Notes: a model not told the origin generated them from the letters alone. A stretch of DNA of 64,000 nt from Haliscomenobacter sp. (GCF_041740695.1 NZ_JBGSLK010000006.1:23639-87638); one strand, 5' to 3'; shown: positions 1-10,274, counted from the first letter of the stretch. Program-made: numbers and translations.

Positions 1-638
1 AAACGCACCTGGCCTCCGAGGCCAAAGAGGAGCACCTCTACATTTACGAGTCGCAAAAAATCTTCCAAGAAAACTGGAATTTGGAGTCCACCGACCCAGT
101 GTCGATGTACAATCGCAGCCTCAACAATACCCAAACCCGCCGTTTGTGGAACCGCGAGAACTACGAACCCAAACGGATGATGTTGGAATTCTGGCGCATG
201 CAGCCTGATTTTGTCAAACAGATGTTTCAAGACCTTTTTGATGAAAATAAAAAAGTCGATGGCAGGGTAGGGCGCTTTGTTTTTTATTGTGATGAATTGT
301 TGACCGAATTTTTGGAAAAACACCCCCGTAGCCGGGAAGGCAAACATTTTCATCAGGACGGTTACCAAATCGTATCGCTGTACCTGGCTTTTCGGTATCC
401 GGACCACTACAGCCTGTATCATTTTGATCGTTTCAAACGCCTGCTCAGCGCCTTGGGCACCCCGGATATGCCAGCTACCCACGATTTTGAAAGATTTTGC
501 AAAGTGGTGAAGACACTTTGGGGTTTTATGCAAAAAGATGATGAATTGATGGCTGCTCACCGAGAGCGACTGGAAGAAGGCAAACATTACCAGGGCGAAA
601 GTTTATTGCCAGTTTACGAATTGATGCAGATCATTTAA
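1..638 (+). CDS. hypothetical protein, 5' end outside the window
   Basis: The reading frame stays open from base 3 to the stop at 638; the track ORF 81-638 begins at an internal TTG. I recognise no conserved motif. Confidence 0.4.
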   Translation, partial: THLASEAKEEHLYIYESQKIFQENWNLESTDPVSMYNRSLNNTQTRRLWNRENYEPKRMMLEFWRMQPDFVKQMFQDLFDENKKVDGRVGRFVFYCDELLTEFLEKHPRSREGKHFHQDGYQIVSLYLAFRYPDHYSLYHFDRFKRLLSALGTPDMPATHDFERFCKVVKTLWGFMQKDDELMAAHRERLEEGKHYQGESLLPVYELMQII

Positions 639-708
639 TCTCATTTGACGGTTTAATTCTCAGTAGTTCAGTAGTTTTGCCGCAACCTATTCCATAAACC
701 TGTACACT

Positions 709-1743
709 GTGCCCTTGAAAATTCTAATCATCCGTTTTTCATCGATTGGCGATATTGTGCTGACTACTCCTGTAGTGCGTTGTCTGAAACAGCAACTACA
801 GGCAGAAGTACATTTTTTGACCAAAAAACCATTCAGAAGCATCCTGGACGCCAATCCATATGTCGACAAGGTTTATGCGATTAAGTCGAAAATCGGTGAA
901 ATCAGTCAGGAATTAAAACGCGAACAATACGATTGGGTGATCGATTTGCACCACAACCTGCGCAGTTTCCAAGTCAAACGTTTGTTGCGCGTTGCCAACC
1001 GTTCTTTTGATAAAATCAACTTACAAAAATGGCTAATGGTACGTTTTAAATGGAACGTATTGCCCCGCGCCCACATCGTCCACCGCTATCTGGATACGGT
1101 CAAAAAACTAGGCGTTCAATACGACGGCCAAGGCCTGGATTATTTTATCCCAGAAGCACAGGAACTCCCCCTTCGCAATCTGGCTACCGACCAAAACCTC
1201 TCGCCAGAACTCCGCAATGCCCTGCAACAAGGTCAATACATTGCCCTAGTCATCGGCGCTGCCCACGCTACCAAACGTTTGCCCGTCAATAAATTAATCG
1301 AAATATGCCAAGGCATCAAGTTACCGATTTTACTATTGGGTGGGCCCGATGATCGCCCGGCAGCAGAACAAATTGCCCGTGCTACTGGAACCCACGTTGT
1401 CAACACTTGTGGGCAATATAGCTTGCATCAATCGGCATCATTGGTTCGCCAGGCCCAACAAGTTATCACCCACGATACTGGGCTGATGCACATCGCTGCG
1501 GCCTTGCGCAAGCCCATAGTTTCGGTGTGGGGCAATACCATCCCTGAATTTGGCATGACTCCGTTTTACCCGGATGGGATGGATGAGAATACTACGGTTG
1601 AGGTAAAAAACCTGAGCTGTCGGCCTTGCTCCAAGATTGGCTTTGATGCCTGTCCCAAGGGCCATTTTAATTGCATGGAGCAAATTGACCCTGAAAAAAT
1701 CTTTCTAGCGATCGAGCCCTTCATTCCTATCAAGATTAGCTGA
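709..1743 (+). CDS. glycosyltransferase family 9 (ADP-heptose:LPS heptosyltransferase-like)
   Basis: The N-terminus 'ILIIRFSSIGDIVLTTPVVRCLK' and the C-terminal 'ITHDTGLMHIAAAL' are typical of RfaF/WaaC-type GT9 enzymes. It has a GTG start. Confidence 0.75.
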   Translation: MPLKILIIRFSSIGDIVLTTPVVRCLKQQLQAEVHFLTKKPFRSILDANPYVDKVYAIKSKIGEISQELKREQYDWVIDLHHNLRSFQVKRLLRVANRSFDKINLQKWLMVRFKWNVLPRAHIVHRYLDTVKKLGVQYDGQGLDYFIPEAQELPLRNLATDQNLSPELRNALQQGQYIALVIGAAHATKRLPVNKLIEICQGIKLPILLLGGPDDRPAAEQIARATGTHVVNTCGQYSLHQSASLVRQAQQVITHDTGLMHIAAALRKPIVSVWGNTIPEFGMTPFYPDGMDENTTVEVKNLSCRPCSKIGFDACPKGHFNCMEQIDPEKIFLAIEPFIPIKIS

Positions 1744-1868
1744 TGGGTGACAATAAATAAAAAAAAACGCTAAAAGGGCTTTACACAATCCATAATTCCA
1801 GCGAATCTGCGTTAATTTGTTTGTGCGGTCGATAGATAACCGCTAACTTACCGTTTAAAAACCAGCGT

Positions 1869-2957
1869 ATGAGAATTTTCTACCGGCTGAGCTGCTTTTT
1901 TTTGCTTTGCACTACGGTCCATCTGGGAGCCCAAGACATTCACTTTTCCCAGTACAACATGTCGCCCCTTACCCTAAACCCCGCCCAAGCCGGAGCTTTT
2001 TTTGGCACTGCCAGGATCGGTGGAATTTACCGGGATCAGTGGTTGTTTCTTCCCAAAGATTATTCCACTCGTTCCTTTTTTATTGATGCCCCGGTCATCA
2101 AAGGTTTTCGCAAAAAACGCAACGACTGGGTCGGCGCTGGCTTTTCATTTTATGGCGACCGGGCAGGTACTTCTCGTTTGGGCTCCGCGCAGCAAGGTGC
2201 CATCAACGCATCTTACCATTTTGCACTGACCAAAAAAGGAGATCAACACTTGACTCTGGGGATTTCAACCGGGAGCACCAAGTATTCAGTACGGGCAGAT
2301 AGTTTGCGTTTTGAAGAAGATATTCTGGGGCCTGGTGGCGGTGGTGGACAAATTAGTTCTGATCGGCAACGCTTCGGACAAGGCTCTAGTGATCCAGATA
2401 ACCCTTATTTCGAATCTCAGGCATCGCGTACTTTTTCAGTTGGCTTGATGTTCAAATCGACCAATAAGGAAGGTGATTTGTTGGAGCTTGGGGTTTCTGC
2501 AGCACACATCAACGGCCCGGAATATGGCTTTGGCCTCGGCAATCGGGATACCACCGATACTGGTAAACGGGCCAACAAAGTTAAAAAACCAACTCGAACC
2601 ATCTTTCATGGTTTGTACACCAAAAACCTGACCGATAAAATAAGCATTTCGCCCTCCCTTTTGTTCCAGTCGGTAGCGAATTCTACCGAGATTGTACCAG
2701 AATTAATGGGTGGCTACAAGTGGACCAAAGACATTCGTTTCAATGCGGGTTTGGGTTACCGCGTAGGGGATGCAGCCATCTTACTGTTGGGCGTAGACCA
2801 CAAAGACCTGCGCATTGGTGCGTCCTGGGACATGCGTTTGGGCGAATTGTCCAGCGCCCGGGGCATCAAAGGTGGTTTTGAACTGGCGGCCAACTACATC
2901 ATCAAGTTGTACAAAAAGCCCAATGTGCCACCTTCACTTTTGTGTCCAAGACTTTAA
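1869..2957 (+). CDS. T9SS-associated PorP/SprF family outer-membrane protein
   Basis: It has a signal peptide ending 'LGAQD'. The N-terminal motif 'IHFSQYNMSPLTLNPAQAG' is the hallmark of PorP/SprF, and the length of about 360 aa suits a beta-barrel. Confidence 0.75.
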   Translation: MRIFYRLSCFFLLCTTVHLGAQDIHFSQYNMSPLTLNPAQAGAFFGTARIGGIYRDQWLFLPKDYSTRSFFIDAPVIKGFRKKRNDWVGAGFSFYGDRAGTSRLGSAQQGAINASYHFALTKKGDQHLTLGISTGSTKYSVRADSLRFEEDILGPGGGGGQISSDRQRFGQGSSDPDNPYFESQASRTFSVGLMFKSTNKEGDLLELGVSAAHINGPEYGFGLGNRDTTDTGKRANKVKKPTRTIFHGLYTKNLTDKISISPSLLFQSVANSTEIVPELMGGYKWTKDIRFNAGLGYRVGDAAILLLGVDHKDLRIGASWDMRLGELSSARGIKGGFELAANYIIKLYKKPNVPPSLLCPRL

Positions 2958-3040
2958 ATTTAGTATGCCAATAGACGTTATGAACAGAGGGTTCTGGCCG
3001 ACCAAACTTTTGTGCATAAAGTCTAATATCCTTAGTTGAT

Positions 3041-5581
3041 ATGAAAAGTTATTTTTCAATTTTGTTGTTGCTTCTTTTTGCTGGGCTTAGTTTACATGCT
3101 CAGCCCTTGCGCAAGTCTTCCCGGGAAGCAAATATGGAAGCTGCCGAGGCCGCTATGGCGGACAAGAATTACTATCAGGCAGTCCTCCTGCTGGAAAAGG
3201 CTTACGAGGAAGTAGAAGATGAGTCGCTGCTACCACAATTGGCGGATATGAATTACCAACTGCGGGATTATACCAAAGCGGCGCGTTATTACCGGGCTTT
3301 GTTGCGCAAAGACAAACAGAACAACTTTGTCGAGCTGCGCTACAAATTTGGTCGTTCACTCAAGATGAACGGAGACTGTGAGGAAGCCCTGGATGAGTTC
3401 CAAAAATTCATCGGTGCCACCAAAGATGAAAAACTCAAGGAGTTGGCGCAATACGAAGTGACGGGCTGTGAATTGGCCATGTCCAAAACCAAAGCTAAAG
3501 TAACACCCAAGGCTTTGGACAAAAACGTGAGCAACGCTTTTTCGGAGTATTCTCCGTCCTTGTACCGCGATGGTAGCCTCTATTACGTCAGTTTTGAAAC
3601 CGACGAGGTGGTGATTGCTTCCGATTCTGCGGAGGAAAAAGGGGCCAAAATTTACAAAACTACCAAAACGGATAAAGGCTGGAATAAACCCGAAGTGTTG
3701 GATCAAAAAATCAACCGCGAGGGTTACCAAACCTCCTTTGTATCCTTCTCACCCGATGGCAGTCGCATGTACTTCACCCGTGCGTTAATGCAAGGCAATG
3801 AAGTATCCGAAAGTAAAATATTCTTCAGCCAGGGCGGCGGCGACTCCTGGGGCGCTGCAGAGGAATGCACCGGTGTTAATGGCGAATATTTGTCACTACA
3901 CCCCATAGTTGGCGAACTGTTTGGCAAAGAAGTGCTCTTTTTTACCTCCAATATGGATGGTGGACAAGGAGGTTTAGACCTCTATTATGCCACTTACAAA
4001 GGGGAAGGAGTATACGGTGATCCAATCAATTTGGGCCCAAAAATCAACACCCCTGGGGATGAAGTTACGCCGTTCTATTTTGATGGTACCCTGTACTTCA
4101 GTTCAAGCGGCCATCCCGGTTATGGTGGTCAGGATATTTTCTTTACAGTTTGGAATGGTCAGGTATGGAGCGAACCCCGCAACCTTGGCAATGGCTACAA
4201 CTCTTCTACCGATGATCAATACTTCTCATTGGATCGGGAAGGGTACAAGGGCTTTTTTACCTCCAATCGCCCTGGCACCAACCGCTCAGTACGTGCCAAA
4301 ACCTGCTGCGACGACATCTATGAGTTTGAAGTGCCACGTATCAAGGCAGATTTGGTAGTTGGGGTGTTTGACATCGCTAAAAAGCCACTCAAAGGTGGGA
4401 CCACCAACCTCGGAACAGTTGCAACCACCGAAATTACCCCGGTTGATCAAAAACTCAATACCGATGGCAACCGCTTTGATTTCCCCTTGACATTGGACAA
4501 AGCCTATAAAGTTAAAGTGACCGTGCCCGGGTATTTCCCCGATAGCGCGCAGGTTTCCACGATTGGCTTGAAAGAAACTAAGGTTTTGGAAAAAAGATTC
4601 TTCCTGAAAGCCCGTCCCGAAACCAAGGTGAAAGAAGAACCTGAATACGATACGGTTACTACTGAGCAACCCATTCTTTTGGACAACATCGTTTATGGCT
4701 ACGACGACGATAAAATCACGCCAGAATCCGAACCCGACCTCAATCTGGTTTTGGACCTGATGAAAAAATACCCCGAGATGGTCATCGAGCTAAGCTCACA
4801 TACCGACTACCGGGGCCGGGATACCTACAACCAGGATTTGTCTCAACGCCGCGCTGAATCTGCGCGTAAATGGTTATTGGCAAAAGGAATCGCTTCTACC
4901 CGGATTCAGGCCAAAGGTTATGGTGAAGCTCAACCCAAACCTGTGAATGAAAAAATGGCGGGGGAGAACTTGTTCATGACCGTGAAAGATACCCTCACCC
5001 AGACCTTCATCGACAACCTGGAAACCAAGGAACAACAGGAAGCTGCACACCAGTTGAATCGCCGTACGGAGTTCAAAATTATCAAGGGGCCGACCAAAAT
5101 TGTGATCAAACGGGCGGAATTGCGCAAAAAACCGACCACCACCAAACCTGCGCCCAACCGCAATAAGTTGATTGATACGGTTCCGGTTCCTGCTCCAGTG
5201 AAAGATACCATTCACCGCTTCTCCACGCTGTATTATGCGAAAGACCTCAAAGGGGTTCCAGTTATGCAGTTCAAAATCCGCGAAGTAGATTTTGGCAAAG
5301 TGAAAAAGGGTGAGAAACGCGAATATACCTTTGAATTCACCAACAAAGGGGATGCTGAGCTCAAAATTGCCATCATCACCGCCTGTGATTGCACCACAAC
5401 GGATTATTCCACCGATGCAGTGAAACCTGGCGAGTCGGGCAAAATCAAAGTGACTTTCGATAGCACCGATAAAACCGAAAGTGAAACCATCGATGTGGAC
5501 ATCATCCTGGAGAATACCATGCCGGGGAAGGATAGTCCAATTATCGAAAGGTTGCAGTACAAGTTTGAATTGGTGAAGTAG
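3041..5581 (+). CDS. OmpA-family protein with TPR, TolB/PD40-like repeats and a DUF1573-like C-terminus
   Basis: It has a signal peptide, TPR-like helices and WD40/PD40-like 'YFSS/YFTS' repeats. The OmpA-like segment is 'LSSHTDYRGRDTYNQDLSQRRAESARKWL'. A C-terminal DUF1573-like module carries 'FGKVKKGEKREYTFEFTNKGDAELKI'. Confidence 0.75.
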   Translation: MKSYFSILLLLLFAGLSLHAQPLRKSSREANMEAAEAAMADKNYYQAVLLLEKAYEEVEDESLLPQLADMNYQLRDYTKAARYYRALLRKDKQNNFVELRYKFGRSLKMNGDCEEALDEFQKFIGATKDEKLKELAQYEVTGCELAMSKTKAKVTPKALDKNVSNAFSEYSPSLYRDGSLYYVSFETDEVVIASDSAEEKGAKIYKTTKTDKGWNKPEVLDQKINREGYQTSFVSFSPDGSRMYFTRALMQGNEVSESKIFFSQGGGDSWGAAEECTGVNGEYLSLHPIVGELFGKEVLFFTSNMDGGQGGLDLYYATYKGEGVYGDPINLGPKINTPGDEVTPFYFDGTLYFSSSGHPGYGGQDIFFTVWNGQVWSEPRNLGNGYNSSTDDQYFSLDREGYKGFFTSNRPGTNRSVRAKTCCDDIYEFEVPRIKADLVVGVFDIAKKPLKGGTTNLGTVATTEITPVDQKLNTDGNRFDFPLTLDKAYKVKVTVPGYFPDSAQVSTIGLKETKVLEKRFFLKARPETKVKEEPEYDTVTTEQPILLDNIVYGYDDDKITPESEPDLNLVLDLMKKYPEMVIELSSHTDYRGRDTYNQDLSQRRAESARKWLLAKGIASTRIQAKGYGEAQPKPVNEKMAGENLFMTVKDTLTQTFIDNLETKEQQEAAHQLNRRTEFKIIKGPTKIVIKRAELRKKPTTTKPAPNRNKLIDTVPVPAPVKDTIHRFSTLYYAKDLKGVPVMQFKIREVDFGKVKKGEKREYTFEFTNKGDAELKIAIITACDCTTTDYSTDAVKPGESGKIKVTFDSTDKTESETIDVDIILENTMPGKDSPIIERLQYKFELVK

Positions 5582-5586
5582 TTGGA

Positions 5587-5628
5587 AACTTACAGTAGTG
5601 ATTTTTTGTTACATCACTACTGTAAGTT
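5587..5628 (+). terminator. intrinsic terminator: 16-bp perfect stem (AACTTACAGTAGTGAT / ATCACTACTGTAAGTT), 10-nt loop, then a T-rich tract
   Basis: I read it directly. It begins 6 nt after the stop at 5581 and is followed by TTTTACAATCATTTT. Confidence 0.55.
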
Positions 5629-5643
5629 TTACAATCATTTTAA

Positions 5644-5904
5644 TTGATTTTTATGCAAAAACTCATTCTAAACATAGAAGAAAGTCGATATGGATTAATT
5701 CTTCAATTTTTAAAAACTTTGGATTATGTGAAAATTGAAGAAGAAGTTCCTTCTCCTAACCTAGAGCGAGAAGAGGTAAAGCCTAGCTCTGATAGTCAAC
5801 TGTTCTTATTGCAAGAAACACTCAAAAAACAGACCTCCCCTCTTTTTCAGGATATTATTAATCCTGTAGAATGGCAAAATCAACAAAGGAATGAGTGGTC
5901 GTAG
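5644..5904 (+). CDS. putative antitoxin of a type II TA pair
   Basis: This 86-aa ORF overlaps the downstream PIN toxin gene by 14 nt, which is the classic VapB-VapC arrangement. I do not recognise its family. Confidence 0.45.
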   Translation: MIFMQKLILNIEESRYGLILQFLKTLDYVKIEEEVPSPNLEREEVKPSSDSQLFLLQETLKKQTSPLFQDIINPVEWQNQQRNEWS

Positions 5905-6265
5905 ACTTTTGCTGGATTCCAATATCATTATTTATGTTGCAAAAAAACAATTAGACCCTGGAGGCTTTATTCAGCCCGAGGACGAGCTTTTTATTTCGGA
6001 CATTTCATACATGGAGACTCTGGGCTATCCTTTTTCTGATGAAAATGAAAAACGAGAGACCACAGCCATACTAGATGTTTTGTTCCGTTTCTCCATCGAA
6101 GAATCTATAGTCCAGAAAGTAGTTGAAATCAAGCAACAGCGCAGAATTAAGTTGCCAGATGCGATTATCGCAGCAACGGCAATCGTTCGCAACTGTGCAA
6201 TAGTCACCAGGAATGTAAGCGACTTTCAAAACTTTGCAGGCCTTGTGGTTATTAACCCGATGTAA
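5891..6265 (+). CDS. vapC: PIN-domain toxin (VapC family)
   Basis: 'LLDSNIIIYV' supplies the N-terminal Asp. 'DAIIAATAIVRNCAIVTRNVSDF' is a PIN C-terminal acidic motif. The protein is 124 aa. Confidence 0.75.
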   Translation: MSGRRLLLDSNIIIYVAKKQLDPGGFIQPEDELFISDISYMETLGYPFSDENEKRETTAILDVLFRFSIEESIVQKVVEIKQQRRIKLPDAIIAATAIVRNCAIVTRNVSDFQNFAGLVVINPM

Positions 6266-6279
6266 TATCTTGGCAGGGC

Positions 6280-7590
6280 TTAACTTCGCTTTAGTGCTCT
6301 TGACCGTTCTTTTAAAGCCTGATAGCCCATTTCCCAGGTGAATGAAAACAAGTGGAATCCCTCCAAATTGAGTACATCATTGTCCAAATCTTCCATTACT
6401 CGATTCAGTACATTGAGCATGGCTTCTCGTTTTAAATCCAGCCCTGCTAGGTCTTTTGTTTCTTGCAAATCATTGACAATGGCCATTACCTCCTTGGCAT
6501 ATTGATCTGCGGTATTCTTCTGCCGTTCAATCCGATTGGTGTACCAGCCCAAGGCACCAGAAATAAGGGGCAAAAGGATCGAGATCAAAATGCCAAACAG
6601 CTCGATATTTTCGCTGAAAAAATTAGGCTTTTCCCGATCATAAAATGCTTGAGCGCCGGGATGAAGTGGGATAAAGGTGCCTTGCCTTCCATCAGGCTGG
6701 GTGATTGAACCGCTTAGGTGTTGGTATTCCATTCCCAGCGCTTTGATCAGGTCATTGCGGCGCTCAAATAACAATTGGGTAAGCAGGCGCACAGCTTCCT
6801 TATCGGTTTGATCTCTAGCCACCAAAAGACGAGGCACTGCAATTGTATGGGTTATTTCCCCTGGAATATAGGGGCTGCCTCCATACGCACCGCGAGGGAT
6901 GACGCCTGCGGCTAAGGAAGGTCGATCAATTCGAAAAGCATCAATGTCTTCAATGGGTACCAGTTTGGCTTTTCCTGAACGCAGCAAACCTTGCACAAAA
7001 TGATTGCCAAGTGCTCTTACCGCAAAGGTTGCATCCAACGAGTCTAACATCATCCCTTGCTCAATTTCCTGATTGGACAAATGAAAGGCCTGGATGTCCG
7101 ATTCTTGAATACCATAATAGTGGGCCAAAGCCCAGAAAGAACTGTACTGCCCACTTCCTTTTTCAGGCAAAGCAATTTTTTTGCCTTTGAGGTCGCGCAT
7201 ATGCTGAATACCACTGTTGTTGCGCACCACCAATTGAAACAAATCTGCATACAGAATAGCAACAATACCACCATTGTCAGGAAAATGTTCTACATCGGCC
7301 TGAAGCAAGGCAAAGTCAGCACTTTTGCGGCTAATTGAGTCAGAATTGGCCTCCGACCCAGGCGTTTCAATGATGTCGAACCTTTTGATTTTGTAGGAAT
7401 AATGTTCTCGCAATACCACTTTAATGGCTTGTGCAAAATGGTAACCTTCCCCATCTTTACGACCAGCACAAATGTTGAGGTTGACCTGGCGGTAAAGTTT
7501 GAAATAAAAAGAGAGGGCAAACGAGGCCAGAAGAATCAACATGGAGACACTGGCAAAAATGAGGAGCCGTTTTAGGAGTTGAGGATGCAT
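6280..7590 (-). CDS. TAXI-family TRAP-transporter solute-binding protein-like with a C-terminal TM segment
   Basis: An internal Met (MHPQLLKRLLIFASV...) gives a proper N-terminal TM/signal. The periplasmic binding fold signature is 'KGKKIALPEKGSGQYSSF'. The track ORF is extended to 7731 upstream of this Met. Confidence 0.6.
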   Translation of the reverse strand: MHPQLLKRLLIFASVSMLILLASFALSFYFKLYRQVNLNICAGRKDGEGYHFAQAIKVVLREHYSYKIKRFDIIETPGSEANSDSISRKSADFALLQADVEHFPDNGGIVAILYADLFQLVVRNNSGIQHMRDLKGKKIALPEKGSGQYSSFWALAHYYGIQESDIQAFHLSNQEIEQGMMLDSLDATFAVRALGNHFVQGLLRSGKAKLVPIEDIDAFRIDRPSLAAGVIPRGAYGGSPYIPGEITHTIAVPRLLVARDQTDKEAVRLLTQLLFERRNDLIKALGMEYQHLSGSITQPDGRQGTFIPLHPGAQAFYDREKPNFFSENIELFGILISILLPLISGALGWYTNRIERQKNTADQYAKEVMAIVNDLQETKDLAGLDLKREAMLNVLNRVMEDLDNDVLNLEGFHLFSFTWEMGYQALKERSRALKRS

Positions 7591-7630
7591 GGTTGAGCGT
7601 TTGCCCACAAATAAATTCGTGGGTTGGGGG

Positions 7631-8308
7631 TCATTTGCTGAGTTCTTCAAAGGGGATGTCCGTAATGTCAAAGCGTTGAAAGCCAATGAAATCGTAGTGC
7701 CACCACTCGTATTTGTAAATGGCGAAACCATGTTTGGTCATCACTTCGCGCAATATTGCCCGGTTTTTGCGTTCTTCTGCTGTGCCTCCTGCATAATCGT
7801 GGAAAGAACGTTCAGTGGTTTCGTCGTAGCCGGAGGGCATGGGCAGTTCTTTGCCCGTTTTAAGATTGATCAGGGTCAGGTCGATGGCACAACCCCGATT
7901 GTGTCTTGAACCATGCCAAGGTGCAGCCACAAAGGTGGTATCCCGAATGGCGGCGTAGAATAGGCAAGTGACGGCATAGGGGCGATAGCCATCAAAAACC
8001 TTGATGCCCAAACCCTGGGTATTGAGTTCGGCCTGGATTTTTTGCAAGGCTTCAACTACTGGCTTACGCGCAAAAGCCCGGGCCTGTTTGTACACCCGCT
8101 GGTGCACCAGGTTGTCTTTGGTGGCGTATTTGATGTCGAGTTTCACGGAGGGAATGGCTTTGATGATTTCGACCAATTCATTCTCGGGATTTTCTACTAC
8201 TTTTTGGCGATAACCCTCCAGGGTATTGACTACTTTTAGCCCACAAGACTGCCCCCGTAGCCCCACAAAACTTGTCAATACTAAAATCAACGGTAATAGC
8301 TTTTGCAT
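7631..8308 (-). CDS. D-alanyl-D-alanine dipeptidase (VanX/DdpX-like, peptidase M15D)
   Basis: 'SRHNRGCAIDLTL' and 'WWHYD' are M15 zinc-site motifs. A signal peptide starts at the internal Met 'MQKLLPLILVL'. The track ORF over-extends to 8518. Confidence 0.7.
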   Translation of the reverse strand: MQKLLPLILVLTSFVGLRGQSCGLKVVNTLEGYRQKVVENPENELVEIIKAIPSVKLDIKYATKDNLVHQRVYKQARAFARKPVVEALQKIQAELNTQGLGIKVFDGYRPYAVTCLFYAAIRDTTFVAAPWHGSRHNRGCAIDLTLINLKTGKELPMPSGYDETTERSFHDYAGGTAEERKNRAILREVMTKHGFAIYKYEWWHYDFIGFQRFDITDIPFEELSK

Positions 8309-8363
8309 AATGGTAGTGTTTGAGTAAGCTCTTTGTAAAAATGTTGGATAAAAATAACATTCC

Positions 8364-10235
8364 ATGGAACGATTATTAAAATTCGTGGCACTTTTCGCCG
8401 TTTTTTTGCCCATTTGCCTCGGAGCACAACCTTTCAAATTTGCCCACATCAGCGATACGCATATCGGTAGCGGCGCAACTGCCGCCGAAGACCTGGAGCG
8501 TACGGTACGCGACATCAATGCTCAAGCTGATATTGCATTTGTCATTCATTCAGGGGACGTTACCGAATTTGGGTCGGATGTGGAACTAAAACAGGCCAAA
8601 AACATCCTTAGCCAGCTCAACAAACCCTTGTACATCGTACCTGGCAACCACGATACCAAGTGGTCCGAAAGTGGTTGCAATAGTTTCCGTGCCATTTTTG
8701 GCGCCGATCGATTCGTTTTTGACCATGCCGGGTATCGCTTCATTGGATGCAGCAGTGGCCCCAATATGCGCATGGCCCCAGGTTTGGTGCCTCGGGAGGA
8801 TCTGGTTTGGCTGGATTCCATCCTTACCGCAACTCCAGCTACACAGCCCATCGTTTTTGTCAACCATTACCCCCTGGATGAAGGTTTGGCCAATTGGTAC
8901 CAAGTGCTGGAAAAATTGAAAAAACGCAATACCCAACTAGCCCTCTGTGGGCATGGCCACCGCAACAAATTCCTGGACGCAGCCGGTATTCCCAACGTGA
9001 TGGGGCGTTCCAATTTGCGTGCCAAGGAGCCCGTGGGCGGGTATAACCTGGTCAATGTCCAGTTTGACACCCTGTATTATGCCGAACGCCGCCCGCTGCG
9101 TGCACAGGCACCAGAGGGCATTCAAGTGGTGGAAGCAGAAGGCGAAACCTTGCCCGTGTGGCATAAAGTTTTTCTCTACAAACACCGCTACGAAAACACC
9201 GACCAGCCTCAGCCTGATTTTTCCGTCAACGAAAAGTTTTTCCAGGTCAAAACCATTTGGAAATTTCAAGACAAAAGCGACGTGGGTGCAGGCATTGTAG
9301 CCAATGCCGAACTCGCCGTTTATCCCAATAGTGCTGGCCAAATTGTAGCCCTGGATGTAAAAACGGGTAAAAAGTTGTGGCACTACACTACCCGAGGTAA
9401 AATATTCTCCACCCCCGCCCTTGCAACTGATCGGGTGGTGGTCGCTTCCACCGATAGCAATGTTTATTGTTTGAACCTCAAAACAGGTAAACTCCTTTGG
9501 AAAACCAAGACCGGAAAATCGATCGTCGCTTCACCTTTAATTGATGGCGAACTGGTGTACTTGGGAAGCTCCGAAGGCAAGTTTCGGGCACTGAACCTGA
9601 AAGACGGTAGCTCCCGTTGGACTTTTAATGGGGTGGTCGATTTTGTGGAAAGTACCCCATGTGTGGATGCCGACCGGGTTTACTTCGGCGATTGGGGCAC
9701 CTTCTTTTATGCTTTGGACAAAAAAACGGGCAAATTCCTCTGGCGTTGGAGCAATGGGCAAAGTTCCCGCTTGTATTCCCCTGCCGCCTGCCTCCCGGTT
9801 GTAGCGGCTGGCAAGGTGTTTATCGCCGCGCCCGATCGCTATTTTACGGCACTGGATGCCGCTACAGGTAAAGAAGTGTGGCGGAGTAATTATGCCAAAG
9901 GCCGTGAATCAATCGGCATCTCCAGCGACCGCCAGGAACTGTACAGCAAAACCATGCAAGACTCGCTAGTCGTTTTTAACCTGAAGGGAGAGAAAGCCTG
10001 GAGCCTCAACCTGAAATTTGGCTATGAAATTGGCCCTTCACCCACCGTGGAAAAAGATGGCAAAATTTACATTGCCAGCGATAAAGGTGTGATTTATGTG
10101 GTGGATCGTGAAAAACGGCAACTACTCTGGGCGCATAAATTGTCGAATGCCCTGGTCAACAATGTTGTCCCACTTGGCAATGGGGAGATTCTGACCACCA
10201 CGATGGATGGTTGGGTCGCAAGACTCAAAGAGTAA
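8364..10235 (+). CDS. calcineurin-like metallophosphoesterase fused to PQQ/BamB-like beta-propeller repeats
   Basis: The N-terminal phosphoesterase motifs are 'HISDTHIG', 'GDVTEFG' and 'GNHD'. The C-terminal half has repeated 'G.VYCL...TGK..W' PQQ-like blades. It has a signal peptide. Confidence 0.7.
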   Translation: MERLLKFVALFAVFLPICLGAQPFKFAHISDTHIGSGATAAEDLERTVRDINAQADIAFVIHSGDVTEFGSDVELKQAKNILSQLNKPLYIVPGNHDTKWSESGCNSFRAIFGADRFVFDHAGYRFIGCSSGPNMRMAPGLVPREDLVWLDSILTATPATQPIVFVNHYPLDEGLANWYQVLEKLKKRNTQLALCGHGHRNKFLDAAGIPNVMGRSNLRAKEPVGGYNLVNVQFDTLYYAERRPLRAQAPEGIQVVEAEGETLPVWHKVFLYKHRYENTDQPQPDFSVNEKFFQVKTIWKFQDKSDVGAGIVANAELAVYPNSAGQIVALDVKTGKKLWHYTTRGKIFSTPALATDRVVVASTDSNVYCLNLKTGKLLWKTKTGKSIVASPLIDGELVYLGSSEGKFRALNLKDGSSRWTFNGVVDFVESTPCVDADRVYFGDWGTFFYALDKKTGKFLWRWSNGQSSRLYSPAACLPVVAAGKVFIAAPDRYFTALDAATGKEVWRSNYAKGRESIGISSDRQELYSKTMQDSLVVFNLKGEKAWSLNLKFGYEIGPSPTVEKDGKIYIASDKGVIYVVDREKRQLLWAHKLSNALVNNVVPLGNGEILTTTMDGWVARLKE

Positions 10236-10274
10236 CGAGTTAGAAGTAACAATTCCGATGCATAAGCCCTAATT

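Noticed and set aside
7631-8518. Extended 295-aa version of the VanX-like ORF
   Set aside because: The first 70 codons lack a signal peptide and overlap the divergent promoter. The internal Met 'MQKLLPLILVL' gives a proper signal peptide, so the gene is called from 8308.
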